Below are positions 55,694-64,000 of a stretch of 64,000 nt of DNA, piece after piece; within the stretch, counting starts at the first letter, position 1, and the number at the start of each line of letters is the position of its first letter. Source of the DNA: a virus; IMG/VR virus record IMGVR_UViG_3300027816_000057, one strand, 5' to 3'. Both the position numbers and the translations under genes were made by a program. The notes beneath the pieces are model-generated. The model was not told where the DNA came from, made no database searches, and worked only from the letters and a program-made list of their open reading frames with translations.

Positions 55694-57591
55694 TAAACGA
55701 TAAACCAGTTATAGCCGTCACAAATTAATCTTAAAGATTGATAATTTGAGTTTAACGTATAATTTAAATTACCGTCAATTTTTTGACCCGAGTATCCAGA
55801 AACAATAATATTATTAATCGAAGCCATCCCTAAATGATCTTTTATTATTAATTCTCTTCCTGAATTAAGTATAGCGTTTCTTAGAACTACATATTGATTG
55901 GAAGCAACGCCGCTTGTTCTTTGAAGTATTGCGTAATCGTCAATAGAAACGTTATATATATTTCCCGTTGGCTTGATTAAATTAACAAAAACGCCTTTAG
56001 ATACTATGTTACCGTTATAATCTATTTCCGCCAATCCGCTGCCGTTATAAGACAACCAACGCTGTATAGCTAGTTTTTCACCAGTAGTTCCTGTAAAAAC
56101 ATTTTTAGCATAAACATTTAAAGGTGCATCATCAGTAGCACGGGATAGATAAATATGATTTGGAAAACTTGATCTAATTCCGCTGGTTAAACTATAAGAT
56201 TGAGCCTGAATACCACTAACTACTAGACTAAAATGATTATTTACAGGATAAGCTAGCCCATAATTGGTTTCATGAGCAAAGCAAAGACCGGGATTAGATA
56301 AACTTCCGGAGGGTATTCTTATTCCAGAAACAAACTGTTTTAAACCATCAATAATTTGAGTAGATGTAAGATCAACCCAAACTTTCCCGGTAGCACTTGT
56401 ACCTCCCTGAGAAATACTTAAAGGTGTTGTCAAACCGCTAATTGCAGTTATAGTATTATTAACGCCGCTATTAAAAGTAAACGAAACATCATTACTTATA
56501 GATAAACTAATAGTGCCTGTTGGATTGTGTACATCGTAATCAATAGATATACCGGTGGATGCTTGTAATAAATATCTACCAAATCCACTTTCATGATGAC
56601 GAGCTACTAATATTTGACCCGTTTTGTATCCATTTATTCCGCTACCACCAAAGCCTGTTCCTCCATAATAATGACTTAATGGATTTTCAAATAAATAATC
56701 TAAATATAAAGCATCAGTTCCTAAACCCGGATCACCTAAACCTCCATCAGCTACAGTAGAGCATTCTACCGTGTCTTCTTTTTCTTTAGCCATCATAGCT
56801 AATTTAGGACGCGATCCATCAAAATAAGTAAATAAGAAACACGGAGAACCTGTAGATAATGGAAAAACCTTATAGTCTGTTGGTCTAGGAGGAAATTCTG
56901 GCTTTATTCCTGTAACTATTAAACCAGTGCTGGAACCTTCAGTTAAAGCAACATCGTATGTAAACTTTGTTCCAAAATCAGACTCGGTTGGATCACCGTT
57001 ATTTTCTATTGTAGTTTTTACTACTTTAGCAGCAAAAACATTAGCATTAGAAGTCCATACTTTGCGTATATTATCCCATCTTAAATCTAACGGTCCTGCT
57101 AAAAATGTTTGTTCTTTTACTTTAGAACCATATATAGACGGATCATCATTAACACCGCTACCTGTTCTAAATTTATTAGTTGGTATTCCAGTAGATAATA
57201 CCCCGCTTATACTCCAAGAAACCGATTCGTTCGGAGCGGGAAAACCAAAAACATCATATCCCCATCCAACATGAGTAAAAGGTGTTTTAAAACCTAAACT
57301 TCGTACATTAAAGCGGTCTTTATTAAAAACTTCTGGATCATTTAGATTATTAGGGATAGTATCGCCTATACTATGTCCCTCGTAAACAGTATTTGATCCA
57401 AAAGGTATTAAACTATTAACGTCTACAATACCAGAAATAGCCGGATCAACATAATGAGGTACGTTTAATTTATCTTTAGCGGTAGTAAATATTTTAAACC
57501 AGCCGCCATAATCAATAGTATAAAGACCGGCATAATTTTTTGATGCTCGATATCTAAAACCATTATAATTTACATTTTTTATATCAGACAT
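55693..57591 (-). CDS. Tail/baseplate-associated protein with fibre-like C-terminus
   Basis: GWGYD, AGPLDLRWD, LTTPLSISQGGT, C-terminal IIKD..G....NNI...KIDG...LNSNYQSLRLICDG.NWF tail-fibre tip module. Confidence 0.65.
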   Translation of the reverse strand: MSDIKNVNYNGFRYRASKNYAGLYTIDYGGWFKIFTTAKDKLNVPHYVDPAISGIVDVNSLIPFGSNTVYEGHSIGDTIPNNLNDPEVFNKDRFNVRSLGFKTPFTHVGWGYDVFGFPAPNESVSWSISGVLSTGIPTNKFRTGSGVNDDPSIYGSKVKEQTFLAGPLDLRWDNIRKVWTSNANVFAAKVVKTTIENNGDPTESDFGTKFTYDVALTEGSSTGLIVTGIKPEFPPRPTDYKVFPLSTGSPCFLFTYFDGSRPKLAMMAKEKEDTVECSTVADGGLGDPGLGTDALYLDYLFENPLSHYYGGTGFGGSGINGYKTGQILVARHHESGFGRYLLQASTGISIDYDVHNPTGTISLSISNDVSFTFNSGVNNTITAISGLTTPLSISQGGTSATGKVWVDLTSTQIIDGLKQFVSGIRIPSGSLSNPGLCFAHETNYGLAYPVNNHFSLVVSGIQAQSYSLTSGIRSSFPNHIYLSRATDDAPLNVYAKNVFTGTTGEKLAIQRWLSYNGSGLAEIDYNGNIVSKGVFVNLIKPTGNIYNVSIDDYAILQRTSGVASNQYVVLRNAILNSGRELIIKDHLGMASINNIIVSGYSGQKIDGNLNYTLNSNYQSLRLICDGYNWFIV

Positions 57592-60242
57592 TATCTTTCA
57601 TATCCTTCTGATAGTAGTTTATCTTTTTCCGGCTGTCTACCAGAATTAGGCCAAATAGGATTATCAGAATTAGACTGATTTTGTTTTATCCAATAATAAC
57701 CGTCTTTTTCTTGTTTAGATTTAATTATTTCTTTAGCTTTTTTATCAATATCTATTATATCTTGTTTAACTTTATTTAGTTCTACTGAATATTTTATTAT
57801 TTTATCATTTAATATACGGCTGAGTCTATAAGGAGGTAAAGCAAAGGTTTGTAGAGAATAAGACGTGGTTAATCCATCAACACCAACATTCATATTAACG
57901 CTTGTTATATTAGAGTTTACCCCTAGTTTATCGCCAATATTAAGTATAGGTGTTCCCGACAAAACAAGATTACCAAAATCCATGATATTTGTTAAAGTCA
58001 ATGCGTTAGCCGCTATTTGATTTCCAGCTTGATTCATAACTGAAAAACTATTAAAAGTTTCTGGAGATATTGATTCATCTCTTATAATAGAGACACCTCC
58101 AATTCTATTAGATTGTTTTATATAAGGACCGTAGCGTTTAAAGTTATCAATTATAGGAATCTTAAAGAAATTAAAAGATGTTACTCGTTTTGGTGCTAAA
58201 CCCAATTCTGGATAAAAATCAGCAAAATTAACTAAAGGAGTAATATTTTCTTGTGCGGTTAAAGCGTTTGGACCTTCAGGATTCCACGAAGTATTATCAA
58301 GCAATTCTCCTTTTCTGAAACCTTGAAATATCGCCTTTTCGGTAAAACCCATAGCTCTTAAAAATTCGACAAACGCAGACGGATAGTTTTCATCAATAAA
58401 ATTTTTATACATTATAGGTGTTTTTAACTGTACGATAGCTCTTGTAGTATTATTTTTATCTTGCTCTACTTCACATGCAATGTATAAATCTTTATTATCT
58501 AGTATATAATCAGATGTTGGTATTAATCCTAAATCTACTTTAGCGGTATCGCTAGTTTTATTAGTTGAATCATAATAAATAACATTACCATTAGCGTCTA
58601 CAATATTATATATTAATTTAGAAAAATTGCCTTGATTGTCGCGAACATTTGATAAAACAACGTGTGCTTTTACTCTACCTAAATTATCCATAAAAGCTGA
58701 ATTAGCAGCTTTAAAAATAGCAAAAGATATACCATCAGAATAAACCGAGTCTATAACTTCATATCCATATCTAGTATCTAAAGTAGAAGCATCTTGGCTT
58801 GTATTAACAACTTTACCGGCGTAAAAGGGTAACTCTACTAAAAAAGTTTTACCGTAATGTAATTCAGCAGCTTCCTTTGTAAGTTGATAAACAGATTCTA
58901 GTAAAGCGACCTGTTCTGCGGTTCTTTGTAAATTATTTGAATCCAGAGAATAAAAGTCAAATTTATTACCATAAGTTGAATAAGCATTAATAATTTCAGG
59001 ATCAGTAAAATTATGTATAATCCAAGATTGAATACCTAATGCTTCAGCGACATTAGGCATTTCTTTATATAACACAGCTTCCCAAGCATTTTTACTAGTT
59101 AAAGCAGCTCTAAGAACATTTTCGGTTGGACGATAGCCTTTGATATTACTGGTTATATCGCCAATAAAATTGGTAGGAGGATAGGTTTCTCCTAATCGAT
59201 ATTTTTGTCTACCGTCAAATTGTAGTTCTGGTAAATTATTTGTTATTCTAGCATCATCAGAAACAATACTATCTAATAAAACAAAACCAAATTCTGCTTT
59301 ATCGTTTGGATGAATGTAATTATTTAAAGACGTATAATTATTACCGGCAGCACAAACTATTAAACCGTCACCGGTCTTTCCCCAAGATTGTACGCCCTGA
59401 GTAGCGACATATAATTGAGATTGATAATCGCCTTCTACAACCACAGAACTAGCACCGCGACGTAATTCTTGACCGCGTTGATATGATATTAGTGTACCCG
59501 CATTTTTTTGTGCGGCAATAAAATTATCAATTTGAACGCCTTCGGTAGACTCTTGCGTTTTTCTAGATACGCTTTTTATATTAATTATATTAAAAAGATT
59601 AGACGGGTTATATGATTCGTCAATATCTACATAAAAATCAACACCTATTTTATTCGCCACTTCATTCAACACCTCTTCTAAAGAAGCGATATTTTGATTT
59701 ATTCTTAAATAATCTGGTGCTTCAAATCCTGAATCAAAATTAAATTTAAATATTTTACCAAATAAATTAAATTCTTGATTTAAATTTATTACATTTTTAA
59801 TCTTGTTCCATGACATGCCATTACGATTGTAATCAGCGTCACCGTCATTACCATAATAATCATAAACATTTACTAGATTATATATACCGGAACCTAAAGC
59901 TAAATTAGTAGCATTAGGTATATTTGGACCAGTACCATCTAGTATAAGTTGTATATCTGAAAATAGTATTCTAGGATCAGAAATTTTAGTATTATAAGTA
60001 AATCCATTTTGACTATTGTTATACGTCCAAGATTCTATAATGCCATAAAATTTTACTGCACCAACGTTAACCCCGCTAATATTACCGGGTACAATATTTG
60101 AGGAATCAAACAGTTGACCGCGTTCGGTATCTATTACATATTCTAAATCAAGCGTAGAAGCCTGACTGTTAAATCCTAGCTGCAATCCTAATCTTTTAAG
60201 ATATCCGCCGCCAAAAAAAATTGGTTCCGTAATATTTTGCAT
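57591..60242 (-). CDS. Putative baseplate hub / tail protein
   Basis: 883 aa; two genes downstream of the tape-measure-like gene; ITSVNMNVGVDGLTTSYSL followed by a coiled coil. Confidence 0.5.
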   Translation of the reverse strand: MQNITEPIFFGGGYLKRLGLQLGFNSQASTLDLEYVIDTERGQLFDSSNIVPGNISGVNVGAVKFYGIIESWTYNNSQNGFTYNTKISDPRILFSDIQLILDGTGPNIPNATNLALGSGIYNLVNVYDYYGNDGDADYNRNGMSWNKIKNVINLNQEFNLFGKIFKFNFDSGFEAPDYLRINQNIASLEEVLNEVANKIGVDFYVDIDESYNPSNLFNIINIKSVSRKTQESTEGVQIDNFIAAQKNAGTLISYQRGQELRRGASSVVVEGDYQSQLYVATQGVQSWGKTGDGLIVCAAGNNYTSLNNYIHPNDKAEFGFVLLDSIVSDDARITNNLPELQFDGRQKYRLGETYPPTNFIGDITSNIKGYRPTENVLRAALTSKNAWEAVLYKEMPNVAEALGIQSWIIHNFTDPEIINAYSTYGNKFDFYSLDSNNLQRTAEQVALLESVYQLTKEAAELHYGKTFLVELPFYAGKVVNTSQDASTLDTRYGYEVIDSVYSDGISFAIFKAANSAFMDNLGRVKAHVVLSNVRDNQGNFSKLIYNIVDANGNVIYYDSTNKTSDTAKVDLGLIPTSDYILDNKDLYIACEVEQDKNNTTRAIVQLKTPIMYKNFIDENYPSAFVEFLRAMGFTEKAIFQGFRKGELLDNTSWNPEGPNALTAQENITPLVNFADFYPELGLAPKRVTSFNFFKIPIIDNFKRYGPYIKQSNRIGGVSIIRDESISPETFNSFSVMNQAGNQIAANALTLTNIMDFGNLVLSGTPILNIGDKLGVNSNITSVNMNVGVDGLTTSYSLQTFALPPYRLSRILNDKIIKYSVELNKVKQDIIDIDKKAKEIIKSKQEKDGYYWIKQNQSNSDNPIWPNSGRQPEKDKLLSEGYER

Positions 60243-62248
60243 TATGTTCTATATATCCATGTTATTGTTCTGTTATAAGCCCCGGTATCAACTGAATAGC
60301 TAACATTATTATTATTAATGTAGTATGGAGTATACGCTGGTTTGTATAGTTCAACTAAAGTATTAAAATACGTCTCTCCGTCATTTTCGTTAGCATCTAC
60401 ATCTAAAACTAATTGAACATTGAGAGTTTTTGTTTCTTCGTTTTTGGTTCCAATATCTTGAATTATTGGGCCTGTTTCTAAACCCGGTATTATTTGTACT
60501 GCTGTAATTCTTCTTGGTTTGGCAATATCAATAGTAATTTGTCGCGAAATAATCTTGTCATCATCAATATTATTGTTAATACTAAATTGATAATTATAAT
60601 TGACTGTTCCGTTGTTTTTATTAAAGGATTCTGTTCTACTGATAATTCTATCAGAAACACTTATACCTAAAACTGATTCTATTCTATTTTTTAATTGAGT
60701 TTTAATTGAATCGTATCTGTTTTTAGCATTATTATATTTTGTGGTACTAACACCGTCATTGCTAAAGCCTATTATATTACCAACTATATTAGCAGTACTA
60801 TTTTTAATATTTCTTTTATCCGCAGTAGTTATTCCTCCGTCAGTTATAGATACTTCGTAAGTATCAAAATAAGCACCACCTACAGGATTATCATCGTCGG
60901 TATAATTATACGCAGCACTATAAGAAATCTGTAAAGACGATTTATTATATCCTATAGCTAACGATAAAGGAACCGTATTTACCGTTATTCCTGCATAGGT
61001 TGAAATAAGACTGTTTAAATTATTTTTAATACTATTCCAATAATTTATAACATTTGTATAGGCGTCATTAATTGAACCATCAATAGTAAATCCGGTTATT
61101 GTGCCTTGTATAGACACATTTGAAAAACTTCCGGAGTTTTTATTGTCTGTTATAGAATAAATATGGCTATAATTTTGAGTAGGATAATTTGTATAAGTTA
61201 TATTATAACTAAATATACCATTTATTCTATTTTTAGATATATTTTTTGTTATATATAAATGATCTGAGTTAAGGCCAAGTATAGAAGGTATTGTAGGTTC
61301 AAAAATATTAAAAGCGTTTTCTGCAGCCACTATTCTAGCGTCTTGATCTATTGTAGTATCAAATCCTTGTATACTACCATTAATAGTATAAGTGACTTGT
61401 ATATTTTGTCCGGTATCTAAATCATCATTTTGTGATCTAGCGTATTGAATAGAAATATCATAGTTATTAACGCTAGCATCATTACTTTCATTATATAAAT
61501 AAACCGTTGTTATTGAATAAGAACCAGATAATTTATCTATTGTTTCTGTTCTTCGTTTATTATATTGTTGTAAAGTAGCGTCAACGATATATGACGTAAA
61601 GCCGCTATCTAATTTAGACACAACCCATTCTTTTGCGTTTTCCCAAGGTTCTTTAGAATTGGAAAAAGATGATGGATTGTCATATGAGGCGGTACCAACC
61701 GCAGAAATAGTTCTCGTTACGGTAAAAGCACCGGAACCGTCTTCAGATTCAACAATTTGTATATTATCACTAGCTTGTGTAATATACTTATTATCAAAAT
61801 CTCCAAAGCTATCTTCGGAACCTGTATTTTGTTTATTAACTTCGGTAGTATCTAAAGTGATGGTATAATCGCAACGATCAACCCACGGACCTTCAACAAA
61901 ATTAAAATTAGCGGTTTTAACATAAGCTAAAACTGCTGGTGTTCCATCGCTAGGACCGTATTCTAAAAGTTTACCGGGTTGAGAAAATACCTCTCTCAAA
62001 GCCTCTTGTTTGCTTAATATTGACCCAAATCTACCATTATCGGTAGTTATATTTTCATTATTTGGATAACCGGATGTAGTATGCCAAGTTCCGCTACTTG
62101 TAGGCGAGCCTTTATCTGGTAATAACGTGCCTTTTAGTACAACTTGAAAATTAGAAGAAAGAGGCCGACCATCAGCACTATTAACTATATTTTTTGTTAA
62201 TGTAACAAAAGGTGCAGGTATAATTTTTTTACTGTCAATAATAAGCAT
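60242..62248 (-). CDS. Putative tail protein with about five tandem alpha/beta repeats
   Basis: Repeats TINGSIQGF / SIQGTITGF / NIVGNIIGF and G..SY..TY. Confidence 0.55.
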   Translation of the reverse strand: MLIIDSKKIIPAPFVTLTKNIVNSADGRPLSSNFQVVLKGTLLPDKGSPTSSGTWHTTSGYPNNENITTDNGRFGSILSKQEALREVFSQPGKLLEYGPSDGTPAVLAYVKTANFNFVEGPWVDRCDYTITLDTTEVNKQNTGSEDSFGDFDNKYITQASDNIQIVESEDGSGAFTVTRTISAVGTASYDNPSSFSNSKEPWENAKEWVVSKLDSGFTSYIVDATLQQYNKRRTETIDKLSGSYSITTVYLYNESNDASVNNYDISIQYARSQNDDLDTGQNIQVTYTINGSIQGFDTTIDQDARIVAAENAFNIFEPTIPSILGLNSDHLYITKNISKNRINGIFSYNITYTNYPTQNYSHIYSITDNKNSGSFSNVSIQGTITGFTIDGSINDAYTNVINYWNSIKNNLNSLISTYAGITVNTVPLSLAIGYNKSSLQISYSAAYNYTDDDNPVGGAYFDTYEVSITDGGITTADKRNIKNSTANIVGNIIGFSNDGVSTTKYNNAKNRYDSIKTQLKNRIESVLGISVSDRIISRTESFNKNNGTVNYNYQFSINNNIDDDKIISRQITIDIAKPRRITAVQIIPGLETGPIIQDIGTKNEETKTLNVQLVLDVDANENDGETYFNTLVELYKPAYTPYYINNNNVSYSVDTGAYNRTITWIYRT

Positions 62249-62865
62249 TAATATCCTCTAATAAATAGATTAATTCCACTGGTATTATACACATAGGCTT
62301 TAATATACATATCAAAACTACTCTCAACAGCACCACTGACGCCCTTTATAAAAGCGTTAACATAATCGTATTCTCCACCGGCACCTTTAACGAATAAATT
62401 AAACGATCCGTTACTTGATGGCGTTAGACCATTAATATAAAAATTAACTTTACCACTATTTTCTATAATTGTATTTGAAGTAGCTCCGGTCGGTTCTATT
62501 CCTGTACCAATTATATTTAATGGTAAATAACCGTATAACCCACTGCCTCCAATTAAAGGAAATTCGGTATTTGTGAAAAAACCTTTGACAAAACAATTAA
62601 CAGAAGAATTATCTCCAAAACCATTAATAAAACAGTTTATATTATTATTTTGACTTGGATAATATCCACTTAAATAACAAGGAATGTATGCTATTCCGGT
62701 TGGATCAATTTTACCGCTAACATAAAAATGTATATAATCGCTATTTGTGTAGTAATCTGAAGAAGATAAAAAAAGATTTACGCCGTTAAAATAATAACCA
62801 GCAGTAGAAGCACCTTCTAAAAACGATAAGATGTTGGAATTTTTATTTGTAGGAATACTAGACAT
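62248..62865 (-). CDS. Putative virion protein with [L/F](Y/F)(I/V)xG repeats
   Basis: FYVSG, CYLSG, CFING, CFVKG, FYING, LFVKG, AFIKG, LFIRG. Confidence 0.55.
   Translation of the reverse strand: MSSIPTNKNSNILSFLEGASTAGYYFNGVNLFLSSSDYYTNSDYIHFYVSGKIDPTGIAYIPCYLSGYYPSQNNNINCFINGFGDNSSVNCFVKGFFTNTEFPLIGGSGLYGYLPLNIIGTGIEPTGATSNTIIENSGKVNFYINGLTPSSNGSFNLFVKGAGGEYDYVNAFIKGVSGAVESSFDMYIKAYVYNTSGINLFIRGY
62285..62292 (-). promoter_or_regulatory. GTGTATAA motif inside the 3' end of the upstream gene, ~36 nt before the 62248 start
   Basis: Exact motif followed by an AGAGG RBS; intragenic, so chance occurrence is possible. Confidence 0.35.
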
Positions 62866-64000
62866 TATTCAGTTCCCGGAACCGGTATAGATTCTGTATT
62901 GGGTCTTGTACCTGTAGCTTTTTCAATTGCTGTAGCGATAGCATCTGCGATATTATTATTATTATTTCTGATCAATTCTTTAAAAATAGACCCGTTGATT
63001 ATATTTAAATCAACTTGAATTGGAGATACTTTAATTTCAGTAACTATACCGCCATTACCGCCGGTAAATCCTTTAACAAAATTAGATAGTTGTTCGGCGG
63101 CTACTTTTACGCTTTCTAAAGCGGTAGAACCGTCTTTACTAAAATTTAAAATAGACGTTAACATAGCGGTACTGTTTTCTATTGCTAATTTAGCGTCTTT
63201 TCCTTGCTGCTCCGACTCTTTTAATTGAAGAGTAACTAATTTAAGCTGTTTGTCTCTTAATTCTTTTTCTTGCTCGTTACGATTTAATATTTCTTTACGC
63301 TGTGCTTCTAAGGCTTGCTTAAATGTGCTAAAAAATTGATCCGCATTTCCGCCGGTAAAAGCTGCTGCTTGTCTAGATAAATCTCTAGCTCCGCGATTTA
63401 AAAACGCATCTTCTACTGTTCGTCTAGCTCCTTCAAAAGGACTACCTTTAATATCAGGTATTCTTTGCAGAGTTTCAAGCAGCTTTTGTTCTTGTTCTGG
63501 ATTAAAGCGATTTAAAACTTGTCTAAATCTTTCTTGACCTCCGGCGTTACGATTAATATTACCAAAGGATGATCTACCACCACCTAAAGCTGATCCTAGT
63601 TGTTGTAGTAAATCTAAATTAAGACTATCCTTACCTCCGCTTTGATTGCTAGCGGATAGGTTTTCTCTACCAAAATTGATTAATTCACTTCTTTGCTGCT
63701 GATAAGATTGTATAAGTAGACCAGTGCCCTGAGTTAACAAATCTAATTGCGTATTATACGCTTGCAACGCTTGATTAATTTCATTATATGTTAATGCGTT
63801 ATCACGAATGGCACTATTAATTTTTTCTTGATCTAATAAACTTGTATTTTGGACTGAGAGATTTGAACCTGTTCTGCCGATGATAGCATTATTGGCATTA
63901 ATTCTGTTTTCAAAGCCTATTGAGGATGTTCCTACTCTATTAGCGTTAAAAGCATCACTTAAAACTTTAAGAGTAGCTGTAAGCGATTGTTGATCGCTTA
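62865..64000 (-). CDS. Tape-measure-like protein, C-terminal part (runs off the window)
   Basis: Frame checked by hand and open from 63767 to the window end; helical, Q/A/L/R/E-rich; heads the tail operon. Confidence 0.65.
   Translation of the reverse strand, partial: SDQQSLTATLKVLSDAFNANRVGTSSIGFENRINANNAIIGRTGSNLSVQNTSLLDQEKINSAIRDNALTYNEINQALQAYNTQLDLLTQGTGLLIQSYQQQRSELINFGRENLSASNQSGGKDSLNLDLLQQLGSALGGGRSSFGNINRNAGGQERFRQVLNRFNPEQEQKLLETLQRIPDIKGSPFEGARRTVEDAFLNRGARDLSRQAAAFTGGNADQFFSTFKQALEAQRKEILNRNEQEKELRDKQLKLVTLQLKESEQQGKDAKLAIENSTAMLTSILNFSKDGSTALESVKVAAEQLSNFVKGFTGGNGGIVTEIKVSPIQVDLNIINGSIFKELIRNNNNNIADAIATAIEKATGTRPNTESIPVPGTE

Noticed and set aside
50997-61868. Short plus-strand or alternate-frame ORFs inside the tail genes (50997, 51899, 52850, 53311, 54372, 54585, 56559, 56927, 61659), plus 6779 and 35215
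   Set aside because: Overlap long coherent ORFs and give no recognisable protein signal
62865-63767. 300-aa protein starting at TTG 63767
   Set aside because: The frame stays open to the window end, so this is the C-terminus of a longer gene
1-64000. Stop-codon reassignment
   Set aside because: Code 11 gives full-length conserved proteins at very high coding density; TGA is used in ATGA overlaps, and the TAG stops at 3591 and 55693 are not followed by in-frame continuation into the next gene
1-64000. Specific host assignment (for example Planctomycetota or Bacteroidota)
   Set aside because: Gene style is suggestive, but nothing in the window establishes a host without database or CRISPR-spacer searches

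Overview
Gene-dense, very AT-rich (by eye <30% GC) segment of a large tailed dsDNA bacteriophage, probably jumbo-class; the host cannot be determined from sequence alone. The standard genetic code fits, and most genes are translationally coupled (ATGA/TAATG overlaps). Layout: (1) 1-6223 (+): partial Dam-type methyltransferase, class Ia ribonucleotide reductase (beta then alpha), small hypotheticals and a pyrimidine-dimer glycosylase. (2) 6234-11567 (-): islet of virion/tail-fibre-like genes. (3) 11614-29103 (+): bacterial-type replisome and recombination block (RecA, DnaB, DnaG, dNMP kinase, IMPDH/GMPR, RNase HI, Fe-S PD-(D/E)XK nuclease, sigma factor). Its DNA polymerase III alpha is split into two intein-free genes with a DEDDh exonuclease and three other genes between the halves. 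(4) 29100-49661 (+): ~20 kb glycan island with about 10 glycosyltransferase-like genes, 4 methyltransferases, GDP-mannose 3,5-epimerase, a second SDR epimerase, an SGNH protein and a WavE-HAD-nucleotidyltransferase-cupin cassette. It is interleaved with an annealase/SSB pair, a decayed IMPDH paralogue, a stand-alone NAD-ligase Ia domain and a membrane-anchored trypsin-like protease. (5) 49650-64000 (-): tail module with a tape-measure-like C-terminus, a 1531-aa Cys-rich protein and a small Cys-cluster partner. Best leads: the split DnaE; a possible virion O-glycosylation system (glycan island plus [S/T]G-rich structural proteins); and a GTGTATAA motif lying exactly 6 nt before three start codons. 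No rRNA, tRNA, CRISPR array, integrase or transposase was recognised. All family calls come from motif recognition, not database searches.
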